64,000 nucleotides of DNA. Source: Fimbriosthenelais zetlandica (lineage: Eukaryota). The notes under the pieces were generated by a model. It saw nothing but the letters and a program-made list of their open reading frames with translations. It did not search any database and had not been told where the DNA came from. Location of the stretch: positions 19,592,001 to 19,656,000 of the forward strand of contig OZ365112.1 in assembly GCA_977030845.1 (NCBI GenBank). The letters are read 5' to 3'. The position numbers and the translations under genes were made by a program. The first letter of the stretch is position 1. The number at the start of each line of letters is the position of its first letter. This document shows, piece after piece, positions 48,447 through 60,295 of this stretch.

Positions 48447-51400
48447 CCTCTACAGGCACATATACTATACACACAAATATAATACTGATAACTAGTAATG
48501 AGAGCCATGCATGGCTTGAGACTATATCCAGCATATAATCTGTTTATAGGCTTACATACAATAATTTTATCATCATGGACTCGTATTTCATTTTGTGTGC
48601 AGCAAAATATTTCAGTATACCTAGAGTAAAGAGCAAAGAGAGGCACTGCAAAAAAAAGGGCAATGGTTAGAGCTCTTTCAAACACTACACTAGAAAGACC
48701 TTTATAAGATCCTCCCCACCGAGAAGACAAATCTGGTGCTATTTTCGGTCTAACTTCCGACCGATTCTTCTCTCTGCGTTCTAGAATGGGTTGCTCACAG
48801 GAATGGGGTGAGAGGTGGAATGTGGAGGGGTAAAGGCAGCAGGACATGCAGCTATACACAATGACGTTTTTGTTCCAATTGTTTGCCCACACATGTGAAT
48901 ATTATATGAGTTATTATTCACTCTGAAACAATATTCAAAAGATGACAAGATTGAAACCATTTATATATCTGTATAATCATTCTTAAATTGGTTTCTACTA
49001 ACCCTAGATTGGTTGGGGTGCAGGTAAATCTAAACCATCTAAACCATTTATTTACTGTGCCTGGAGGAGGGAGAAGGGAGGCCTGGAGAGGTTGTAGCGG
49101 AGGTCGGCAGGGCAGAGGACAAATGTCAGGGGTAAAAAAGGTGCTTAATGAAGGCGAGAAGTAGACCGAGGAGAGCTACTCGCTGTTTGTGGAGCTGCTC
49201 TCTGTATGCATGGAGCAGGTAGAAATCATTTCGTGGTCATAGCCTGGATATAACACATAGGAGAAGGAGATACTTAATGAATGAAACCACCAGATATATG
49301 AAGCCATTTTTCACTAAAATGAGAAGAATCCCTCCCCATGAATTATTAGAGGGCATAAGCAGTACGATTGTCCATTGCCTGAAGTCGCTCACATGGAATT
49401 GGATTGCTGAAGGCAATGGGCCAGAGAATAGGTCCACGAGACCGATTTAAAATTAAAATTGCTTCCCCTTCAGCAGTGCAGTGGGGGCAGTGCGTGTTTA
49501 ATACACTACGTTTTATACACTCTTAAACGAAATAGTCAAATATACTGTAACACCACTGAAAGATTCCATCTTCTAGTTACTGGGAATACTGAATCTGAAT
49601 ACTCTGCTGGAGGTAAAAACAACATTGGTACAAGCGGTTATAAGGTATGGAGAGTCTTCAGAATGATTCATATAATGCGAGTGCCTTGGAAGCTCATTTG
49701 TAGGGACAGAAGCCCTCTATATGCTGTTGACCAATCTAGTGTTTGCTGATAAGGCCAAAAGATGTGTGGATGGTGTATGGGTCTGAGAGAGCCTGACGCA
49801 AGGCCTGCCTTGCAATGAGTGAGTAATTGCCACTGTGGGAAATATGGCCCTTTCTGGCCCTCAGCTCTTTTCCCAAGTGTGGACTAATGGTGGAATGAGC
49901 AACCGAGGCAACCGTGTCCTGCCTTCTTGACAAAGGGCTAAGGAGGCAGGCCATTCTCAGGACATTATAGGGTTGTCTTAGAGGCTACTTTGAACAGGAA
50001 AACTGCTTAGGCTTAAAGGACTCATTCCACCTAATATATTGTACTCTCTAACCCCTGAGATAGATATCTTGTATTTTACAGATAAATGGTCTGGTGAGTT
50101 GGTCTGGCATATAGTGTGAGGAATTATACGTGTCTGTAGTCCCTAAAGGCATTTTGCTGGTACCATCAGCACCATCCAGAGAGCAGCACTGGGATGCTGG
50201 TTAACAGCAACTTAGTTATCCCGGTGTGAAGCAGGTGGCAGGCCAGTGCCAAGGTTTTAAAGCTACCTCGGTAACAATCGATTAATAGTGTTCTTGTCAA
50301 TATTATTTATATTCTCTACCTGTACATTTGCTTATTAGCCAAATGCAGCATGCATCCCTCTCAAGCGTAGTCTCCCAATTGTCTGAGATTTCCCATCCCA
50401 TGAGCAATGACTAACTTGTTTAAACCAACACATCGTTTCATGTCATGCAGTAGTATTATGTAAAACCATGAACGACAAACAAGGCATACCAATCACAACT
50501 GACGAAGTTGAACCAGGGACAAGCCATGGGTAGTTTGGATCGGCTAGCAATCAATTAATTTCAAGTAGTACTAAAGAAATGTTCTTTCAGCACCTGCTAT
50601 ACCTTTTCAAACAGAACTCATTGGCATTCAGGATCTCAAAAGATGACTGAATAAGCCGCTAACGGATGCCAACATTTAAGGCAAACAGATCTAAGAACGT
50701 CCTTAATAAAAAGGTCATCCACTGGTTAAAGGGCGTCATTTTGAATCAACAGATATTAAGGTCATGGCTCTTATATAAAACCAGTGGTATTCAAATATGC
50801 TAGTGGTTGGCTAATATGCCAAAATATGCCATTATAAAGCATATTGTACGTCGTATAAATGAATAGAAAACAGTTATTCATATATTGATGAACTGGACAT
50901 ATTTTGGAATCTTTCACAAAATGCTTTCTTTCTAATTCAGGAAAGAATAATTCTTACATGATATGAATCACAATGTACTTATACATGAGCCACTTCATTT
51001 CAGGGTCAGAGTTATCATACCATAAATTTCATGGGAAAAATAGGCCTCGAGACTTCAACCATATTTATTCATTTTCATGCAAGAGTAGTCAATGAGTTGT
51101 AATGGTTATGGCTTCTTCTGAATCCATAGTCAGTACAGATTACCTTTGGATCCGTGTCACCTTTCTCTGGCCTATATATTTCAAAACGCAACAGTATACT
51201 ACCAACACTATACCCTCACTCTAACTCATGCCCCGAGGCCCACCAAGTTGAACATAATGCGTCACCTCACTCGGAATGATTTATGTTTGTGATCACTGAC
51301 TTTGAGATCATGAATACCTGATGTTGGGGGTGTGTAGTTAGGAAATGAAGTGTCCTAATAACACTAAATACTAGCTAATATAATGCACAAGCTCCTGACT

Positions 51401-52077
51401 ACTCTTACCTACTATCCTACAGTATCCTACTGAAGTGCATTAGAGTGTCATTTTAAGGCAAATTATTATTTAAAGGTCTGAGTGCTACAAATAAGCATGT
51501 GGAGAGTTTTAGATGGTGGCTGTATTCATCCAAACCCTTTTCAAAGTGCTTGGTCAAACGGGTGCATGCATTGAGAAGCATTGTCCCGTGAACCATTCAG
51601 ACCAACGAGACAAAGCAAACCCAAAATACCAAATAGGGGTCCAAACCCTGGATCTGTTAGTGGGTTTAACATCTCTTTATATGCTCCATGGCGAGGCAAA
51701 AATGTCGTGATAAAGAATCAACTTGTCCTAACATGTGCTGTTATTCATCCACCCCATGTATTGAACTATTTTTCACAGAGTTCAGGAAGCACCGAGCGAG
51801 GTGGGGCGATTTTATATTGCTTTTCTTTTAGATGCATGCCCCCAGGAGGCCTTGCTGGTGGGCCCAGTCCTTCAATCACAGTGTCTGTAAAAGTCTGCAG
51901 AGCTAGAGATCCAACAGTCATCAAACAGGCAGCATGACAAGTAAAAAGAGAAATGAGAAGCCCTATCATTCATTTTTTTCTCGTGGAAAATCCAGAGGAA
52001 ATCCCACATCTATGCCAACCTTCTCACATTCTCTCGTGTTGCACGAGAATGGGGGACCTAACACAAGCTAGTCCCCC

Positions 52078-52091
52078 GTTACCATAGCAAC
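52078..52091 (+). promoter_or_regulatory. RFX X-box (GTTACCATAGCAAC)
   Basis: Full consensus match with both half-sites strong. Confidence 0.55.
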
Positions 52092-54990
52092 ATCAGCATC
52101 CCTACTTTAAGCCAGTGTCAGCAGGAAGTCAGAAGCGATGAGGAGCACGTTAGTTGTGCCTTTTTGTTTCAGTCCTGAATAAATGTCAGCTCTAGAACTG
52201 TAGTGGCTCTAGAGTTGGCCTGGGAGCAAATTAGCAGGAGATTAGTAAGAAAAAAGGTCATTTTCTTCTTAACGATTGCTACATGTAAGATAGAGGTGGC
52301 ACACTACGAAAAAGGTTTCCTTTCGATAAATATGCGTCCTATTTAGGTCACTGAAAGGATTACTTTAAATCCCCAAGAAGAGAGGATGATAAAGGTCTAA
52401 TACTATAGTTAAAAATAGACCCCTACATTAAAGTATACATGTATTGATGGGAGAATCTCACATATCGCTAAATCAAACAGGCTTAATCAAACAAATGGGG
52501 CCCATATTCTGAATAAAGGCGTGTCATGTTTGATCATGAAGCATATGAAATATTATATAGGTTTAGATTTACCCAAAAATGTCCAGCCCTTATTGATATA
52601 TATGTTTTCTATACTCTCCCTTTCAGATGCGGTTGTCTGAAGTCATTTAGAGGCCACCATTAATTAAACACAGAAGGCAATATAACTGCTTCAGTCTGTA
52701 TCTTTTGTGTGTGTCTATATAGCTTTTAAACAGGCAGGACTACATCATCCCTTGGTTGCTGGGCGGGGCTGGAGTTTTTTCTCCTAGCTTTTAACTATGG
52801 TTCACTTGGCCTCTCTGTGGCACTTAGTAGGCGTGTATAGAATACAAATATTACACCTACACACAGCATCCATAACCCCGTGTAGAACAGCCAATTTGGA
52901 CTCACGGAAGAGCAATGTGCAACCAATGAAGTAGCAACCATAATGAATACACCATGTGGTATTACTCTGGTGGCTTATTATCTCTTCATTTTATTATTTA
53001 AACCCAGACATCATGATTTATTCACTCTCCATCTCAGCGTAGTGCCAGAGATCGGCACCAATTTCCCTCTACTACTTACGCAATGCATCTCAGCATCGCC
53101 TGCTGGCTGTCTAAAGCAAAGCTTCCTGCTTCCTCACATAAAAACTAAGTTCACTTTGAGCACAGATCCACATCCTCATCTAGCCGCCTTTGATTGTCAG
53201 TAGGAAATGGGCCTCAAATCTGCCTGCCTGTTTCCTCAACCATCAGCTCAGCCTTAATGAACAAGTCTCAACTTATTTGGAATTAAACCATTTAGAATTA
53301 ATGGTTCAATAAGAACACATCTGGCTTCCTGTGAAAAGTTAACTTCAATTAACTATTCATAATTAAATTCTATCAGAGCAGCCTATCAGAAGAGAATGAA
53401 TTGAATTGAGTAGGAAGGGACTGAATTCCTGTTTTTCGGAGGAAACATTGAATTCTGGTCCCAGCCTAAAACCATTTTTCTCTGTGCCTTTAAGTATCGT
53501 TGAGGAGATGGGTGTGAAATCGTTGGAGCCCGAAAATTTGAAACTGCAGCTTGCAAATTGCAGGGACTCATAAGAATGCGTCCAATCTGGAAGCAATCAG
53601 CCGTGATGTGGATACTGGTTAGAAACAGGAATGAGTGCTACTTAATTTCCAGGGCTTCAGTAAAAATGAGAGGCACATTGAGAAGGTTGGTCTAGACGCC
53701 TCACTATCTGACGGTTAGGCAAGAGTGCACTGAAGGCAGAGGGAAGCAGTGAGGCGAATGATTCAGATCAAGAGAGAATTTTTAGGTCTTATTTGGAATC
53801 AGTTTCTCTGTCTGCCACTGGAATGGCGGTGTTAGGGGGAGGAAGGGAAACAGCAGGAAGGAGGTTCCTTTTCATCAGGTCAATTTTCTAAACCAATGCG
53901 TGAAGCATCCACTGGATGCCATACCCCCTGAAGACCAAGTGGGGGAATATACACCCCAGGCTTGTTTTTATCTCTTGGTCGACCTATACCCAATCGTTGC
54001 CCACCCTTTGGCAACTGTCCTGAGAGGGTGCACCTAAAATCCCTAAAGCTAGTGAGATAATTAAATTTCCTACCCAGCATGGGATGGAGAAAAGAGGCAA
54101 ATCATCAAGGATGTTGGGGATATATTGAAGCCTTGGAGAGAGCTTTATACCCTTTGGGCTCTACCTGGGGGTTGGTATAGGCGGGTATATACCTTGTACA
54201 CTAACCCTGGAGGGCCTCCCTTTTATCTGATATCTCCAGGCCCCTATATCAGTGATCAATATTTCCATCAATTATTGCCACCTCTGGAGGGAGATGAGGT
54301 TTTCCATGGGCCATGTTACATTAATCACCCCTCAATGTAGGTGCACCCGGAACCACCCACCACAGTACATTATTAACTTTAACATATAATCGTATAGTGC
54401 CACTGAGGACACTTACACGAGGCCTGCCAATTCAGAATATGCTCTCTTTCAATAACCATCCATACGGGCAAAAATCAAATTTGGACTTTAAAAATGCTTA
54501 CATGACATAAACTGATACAAGGTCGCATGTTCACATGCTAAAAATTGCCAATCGCCCATTATAAATTGCCTGTGGAGGAATCATGGTGGAAGATTTTGAA
54601 TATTTCAAGGACAAATGCATGGTCAATGTCAAAAGCATTAAATTACTGTTGCGAATAAGAACTGCACTGGAATGGAACTCTTTAAATGGATTTCAAATGG
54701 ACGCAGCTCCAATCCATCTTTATTTAGCCACTGGGGTTGTCTGCCATGAAAAAAGCTCAAAGGCGCTGGTGGCTGACAGTTTAATGGTGGTGGAGGTTTA
54801 ATGGCAGATAAGGGCGAAAAAAAAATTTCCCCTGGAAAGGACATGAACCGCATGAAACTGATTAAGTGGTAAAGGGGATAGAACGTTATTGAAACAACAA
54901 TACCACGATTATATCAGCCTTTTCATTAAACCGTATAGCGGTGATCATAAAGATAATTTTCCAACAGAGGTCTTCTTAAACGAAAAAGGG

Positions 54991-55002
54991 TATATATATA
55001 TA
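54991..55002. repeat. (TA)6 microsatellite
   Basis: Read directly from the sequence. Confidence 0.9.
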
Positions 55003-58000
55003 CAAGTAATTAGGTGATTATAAATTATGGCTTGAGCAATAACCGTCTAAATACATGTCCTTTCAGGCAGAGCAAGTAGTGATAAGCGTGTAATGGGCAT
55101 TTGCTCTACCTGTGTGCAGTCGGATATGATATATATAATTCAGCCATCGATTGCCGGTACCACTGATGTATGTGTGAGAGGTGCGTGACAGCGGTCTAAG
55201 CCGCCACACCCAAGTAAGGCGAAACAAACTCAAACAGCAGGAACACTATCCTCTCTATAACCACAACTCTCACAGTCAGTTTCACACAGGGATGGCACTC
55301 CAAATGGCAAAACCTTAGGTTTTATTTCTACCTCACTAACATCTTTATCCTGTATTGATTTGATGAACTGTTCAAAATTGATAATCACCAAGATGTAGCC
55401 TATCATATTGAGTAAACGCTGCAGACTTATTGAACAAGGACACTATATGTACCTGCCAAAGAGCAGCTCTTGGACTAAGCCCAGGAGGCGCTCAGCTCTA
55501 GCACCAAGGTCAGCGACATTGACTAAAGGTCACCTTGAGAATAACTCAATAAGGTATGACGTGTAGAGCTTACAAGTGATGGGGAATCTAGACAGGGAGC
55601 TTAGACCTATAGAAAAAATGATGTATTCTGAGGAGCTTCTACTGTGTGGATAGCCATATGAATAAATCAGTTATCTAAATGCTATCCAACACCGAATACT
55701 AGACAGTTCTGATGTCTCATCTAGGACTCAGACGGTGTAACAAAATAGATTAGACTAATGTACAGGTAGATTGCTGGCTAGACAGCTTCAAAGAACAACC
55801 AATCCTCTTCTCAAGTAGCTAAGAGGAACTGATAAAAACATTGAAATAGGCCCCCACCATTGATAATGCCATGGCAAAATAGAAGTACTCATGCCACAGC
55901 ACTACACCTGCGGTAGAAATTAGTCATTAGGAATTACTTGGAAGGATGTCATTAGGTCTAAAGTAATCTGAGAAGGAAGAGTGGTACATATTTGACATCA
56001 AAGGTTATCACAGGCATGCCATACAGACAGGTACCGTACAGTAGATCTACCTGATATCTAACGGCCTATATTAAAGGAGTGAAATGGACTAGAACAATTG
56101 GAATCCATTTATCAGGTTACCAGATTTTTTGTATATAGATCAATGATTTATCTGAAGGTGAAGCCATCGGAGTCACTTAAAAAGACTAGATTGTATAGGC
56201 TCGACACTGACTAAATAGTTCCCTCAGTTCACAATAGTGACACTAAACTACTGACCTGACAGAAAGAGAGGTCTATACACATGTACAGAAAGTCGGGGAT
56301 TTATGGTCAGCCATGGGCTACTTGGGCCAGTGCCAAATGTCCAAGAGCCAATATTGAGTGAGTCGAGCTATTGGTCAACAGAAATCTCCTAAAGATTTGG
56401 GTTTGACTCATTCACATCAAAAGGAGAGATAAAAATAAGATTTGATTTAGATTTGGCACTGAGATGCATATTAATCATTTAAGGTTCCTCGAGGAGTACA
56501 CATTATATGTTGAAGTAGGCTATTTTTTAACCTCCCGAAATATGACCCCTCCTTTAACCTGGCCCTAACCTCTGGACATTAATATTAAGTCAAATAGCTC
56601 AGGGCAAGGAACTAAGTTCATACGTCATAGGACAGACTAAATGGTACTTGACTGTTTTTTGCCTTTGATATATATAAATGGTTCAAAAATCCCCCTGACC
56701 TAGAATTTTATAGTCGATCCCATTTAGTGGTGTACATGGTGATGTATTCATTTCACGTTTAGGCTGGTTCGATCTGCTGGTCAATATGGGCAACATATGA
56801 CATGGCCATGCTATGAGACATAAATGAATATAATGTCCAACTTGGTCCTGAACGGCATGTGAAATAACTATATTTCATAATGGGTATCAAATGTCATTAT
56901 ATGATGTCGATCAAATTAATTAATTTTTATAATAGAATATAATATGAAAAGAATCAGTACATTTAACAAAGTGTAATTATCATATTGCAGTACAGTCCAT
57001 TGGGCTTTAGGTTCACCAGGCTTTTGTCTATACTGTATTGTTAACACGTGTGAATTGTAGATGGGATTTGATGAATGAGGAAGGCAGGTATAGTTGAGAC
57101 CTGGCATGGACCTCAGTTGGCCAGTCAGTGAGGCCAGTCAGGGGCCTCCCCGAACCTCACCGGGTTAGGATCTTAGCCAGAGTACGTTAGCACATGAGGC
57201 AGTATTGGTCGGCGTGCCAAACTACTTTACAACCTCATCAAGACCAGCAGAAGATATAGCTTTCTTGATAACATTAACTGATCATTAATTGTTCTGACTT
57301 CAATATAAATTATGTGCCAACATTTGTTGGATACAAGCAAAGAATCCAAGTCGTTTAAAAAACTTGAAAGATGTAACCTACATAGTCTGGTTGAATTGAA
57401 GTTAAAAAGTTTCTGCAGCCTTTCACCAGAAAAATAAACCCTGAAGGCATAAGTCATTTCAACGTACCCTCAATTCAAATTTGAAACACATTTGGGAGAA
57501 AAACCCTACCTCGGAGGGCTAACTTCTTCAGGTGTTCATGAATGGGTAAAGTAGGGCAGAGCGGATAGATTAACAATGATAGACAGTACTCAAAAGTATA
57601 AGTAGGTGACTAGTGGAGTGAAGGCAAAGAATTGGTCATGGTGACGGATTCTGATGGTTAATAATACATCATGCTGTGTTTTTTCAGGCCACACTGAATG
57701 TTATTCTGCTGGTAAATGGGACAGGCTGCGGAGGCTGAAAGTCATGGTCTGCTTCTTATATGGGTCTACAAATGACTGGATAATTCAAACAGAGAGATAA
57801 ATGTACTGCCATACTAAATGCTGGAATTCACAGATCGTAATCTCTGGCCCGCTAATAATCTAATCAATAGAATGTATGGACTCGAGTGGAAAATAAAAAC
57901 AGGTAGATTACTGAAAGCTAATTCAAAAGGTGTGAAAGCAGAGACACAGGACTACATTCTGCCTGACTACACTGTTTTTTTGCACAACACTGTTGTATGA

Positions 58001-58981
58001 CAAGAAATCATAACTATCTGGCTTTCATGATGTGCTTGGCATTGATGCTAATCAGTTGGCCATCATAGAGATTCCCGACAACAAGAATAGAATATAGGTA
58101 GAGCTCCCAATACAGACAAATACATCAATCATGTCAGGGTGGATATCTCCCATCTACTTCATACTATGCGCTGTATAAATTGGTTCAGTGATAGCCTCAC
58201 TGAAATAACGTTGTGGCTATGTGGCTTATTTTCTATTCAGACTTTTTAATTCATGAATATATTCATGAGCCTGATCGGTGGTAGTAAAGTTCAAGGATCC
58301 TTTGAGAGCACATGTTTCTATTGTTTTGCTTTCCTCTTCATCCATAACCATTCATATTGTTCCCTTTATAACTAGAGGATATTATTCCGACACAAGGTAT
58401 ACATTAAGTAACATTAGGTTGCCCCTGCATACATGTACAATATTATAATTATCCATGTATTTTAGGAGGAAAATAGCACAATTGCATGCATATAAATGCA
58501 CGCTGCTTGGCTTATCATTATTTTACTATTAGATCCTTGCAAAACCCAATTAATGTATTGATTCCAATACAGGACATGCATGCACTGTATACCTTTAGTT
58601 AAGTCCATTATCGCCTCAGGGATCAATCACTATAGGGTGGAGGCCGGGGAGGCGTGGAGAAGTTAGGCAAAGTTGGGAAAAGTAGTGAGTGTTTGGGCAA
58701 GATGAGATGGCTTCTCAAGATTGAATGGGATGGTACTTGGGCAAATAAGTTATTAGATCGGAAAACTATCCTTTCTTTGTCTAAAGGAAGTTGGCTTCAT
58801 AACAAAGCCGTACCAAAAACAGAAATGAGTGCCCCCTATTGCCTCTTCTTCCTAGAGTCGGGTACAGATCAATGAAGCTGTAGTTAATCAGGTTTGGCAG
58901 ATAAGAACTGCGTGGATTGGCTGGGAATCACTTTAGTACGGGGCTGGTGCCAGCCCTGCTGGTTCCAACACTGACCTATCC

Positions 58982-59037
58982 CCATGTTAACACTCAGACT
59001 ACCATGTTAATTACCTCACATGAAAGCAGCCATGTTA
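58982..59037 (+). repeat. CCATGTTA x3, irregularly spaced
   Basis: Copies start at 58982, 59002 and 59030. Confidence 0.75.
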
Positions 59038-60002
59038 GTATTCATTAAGCTTGGACACGCACCATGTATGTAACCTCATTGTGCACCCAGCAACCGTGTA
59101 AAATATGTTTTACATGTTTGATACAGTTGTTGTCTTACATTCCATGGCTTAACAATAATTCCATACTAAACAACTTGATTGCATGGTTTGTACCATCAGT
59201 ATTGCAGCCTGATAAGTTAACTTAATATACATCAGATTCTGTCCACGAAACAATCGCAACTTTTTATAAGTATCACTTAACAAGAGGGCCTTATAATAGT
59301 TTCAATATAGTTTAAGGACTACACCAGAAACTATAGTCTAGTAGATCACATCTGTATAGTTTCTAGCCACATTAAGGCACTGATATTAAAGCAGCTGTCA
59401 CTGCTAGTTTTCATAGTATCCATTTGTATCAATGTTGAGGAAATATTAATGGATCAAGGTCATTGGATAAAGTCTGAGTCATGAAGGGTAGAGTCCATTA
59501 AAGCTGCAGGACAATACACACACACGTCCCCAGGGGTCAACTGAGTGTGTCAGTCATAATGCACAGCATCCCTCTGACCATCACCCATCAGCTTGTACTG
59601 ACCAGTGAAATGACCATTGCATATCAATAAATATGGTGAGGACGAACTCATCCTGTGTCATCTGATAACAATAGGTTCAGGGTAAAATTAAAGCCGTTTT
59701 AACATACGCGCCCTTTGTAAACACAAGGGTCAAAGTCATGAGCATAAACCTGTCACTGTGTATATTTTGATTGTATGAGGAGCCAAAACTATTTTGTGTT
59801 TTTCATTTTCTGCACCGCCATGCAATACAATTCGGTTTATCATGAAATTCATAACAACTGGGCACTTTGCATGGGACAATTATCTCGTGAATCGCTCGCC
59901 AATTGAAAACATTGCCCAACATGACATGTCTAATATTATGTTTTTGTTTTCAATTGGAAAAAGGCCAAAAGAGATAGTTTTCGCTTTGATTGTTCCCCAT
60001 GA

Positions 60003-60122
60003 ACACATTTTGATGGGTTAGTACGCATATTAGATCCCAGAACTGGAACCCAGAAGCGATCACTTGGAACGCCATTTCACTATCGTTTGGGTGTTGTCTG
60101 TTGGAATAATGAGGCAAAGTGA
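60003..60122 (+). pseudogene. WD40-like coding patch bounded by stops
   Basis: THFDGLVRILDPRTGTQKRSLGTPFHYRLGVVCWNNEAK*. DGLVRILDPRTG resembles the WD-repeat end DGxVRIWDxRTG. A TGA lies at 60000-60002. Comparison was by eye only. Confidence 0.2.
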
Positions 60123-60278
60123 TTCACGGGAAATGGTGGTTACTGGAATTTGGGTCAGAAAAACCGAGAATATAAGGAAGTCTATTGTATATGAATGGTT
60201 AAATAGTGAGAGGTTGAATTAATACAATAATTAGAGGAATACTAAGGAAGGGGTCATCAATGTTCTCAATGTTAACAG

Positions 60279-60295
60279 AGGTCAAATGAAGGTCG
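60279..60295 (+). promoter_or_regulatory. DR5 element with one mismatch
   Basis: AGGTCA-AATGA-AGGTCG. Confidence 0.25.

Noticed and set aside
50167-50185. REST/NRSE-like TCAGCACCA
   Set aside because: Only the left half-site matches; the GGACAG half is absent.
51766-51969. KIAPPRSV resembling actin KIIAPPERKYSV
   Set aside because: Too short, and the surrounding peptide is unrelated to actin.
52032-58957. Small hairpins with 7-bp arms (52032-52048, 53905-53919, about 58942-58957)
   Set aside because: Several of this size are expected by chance, and none has a U-tract or conserved loop.
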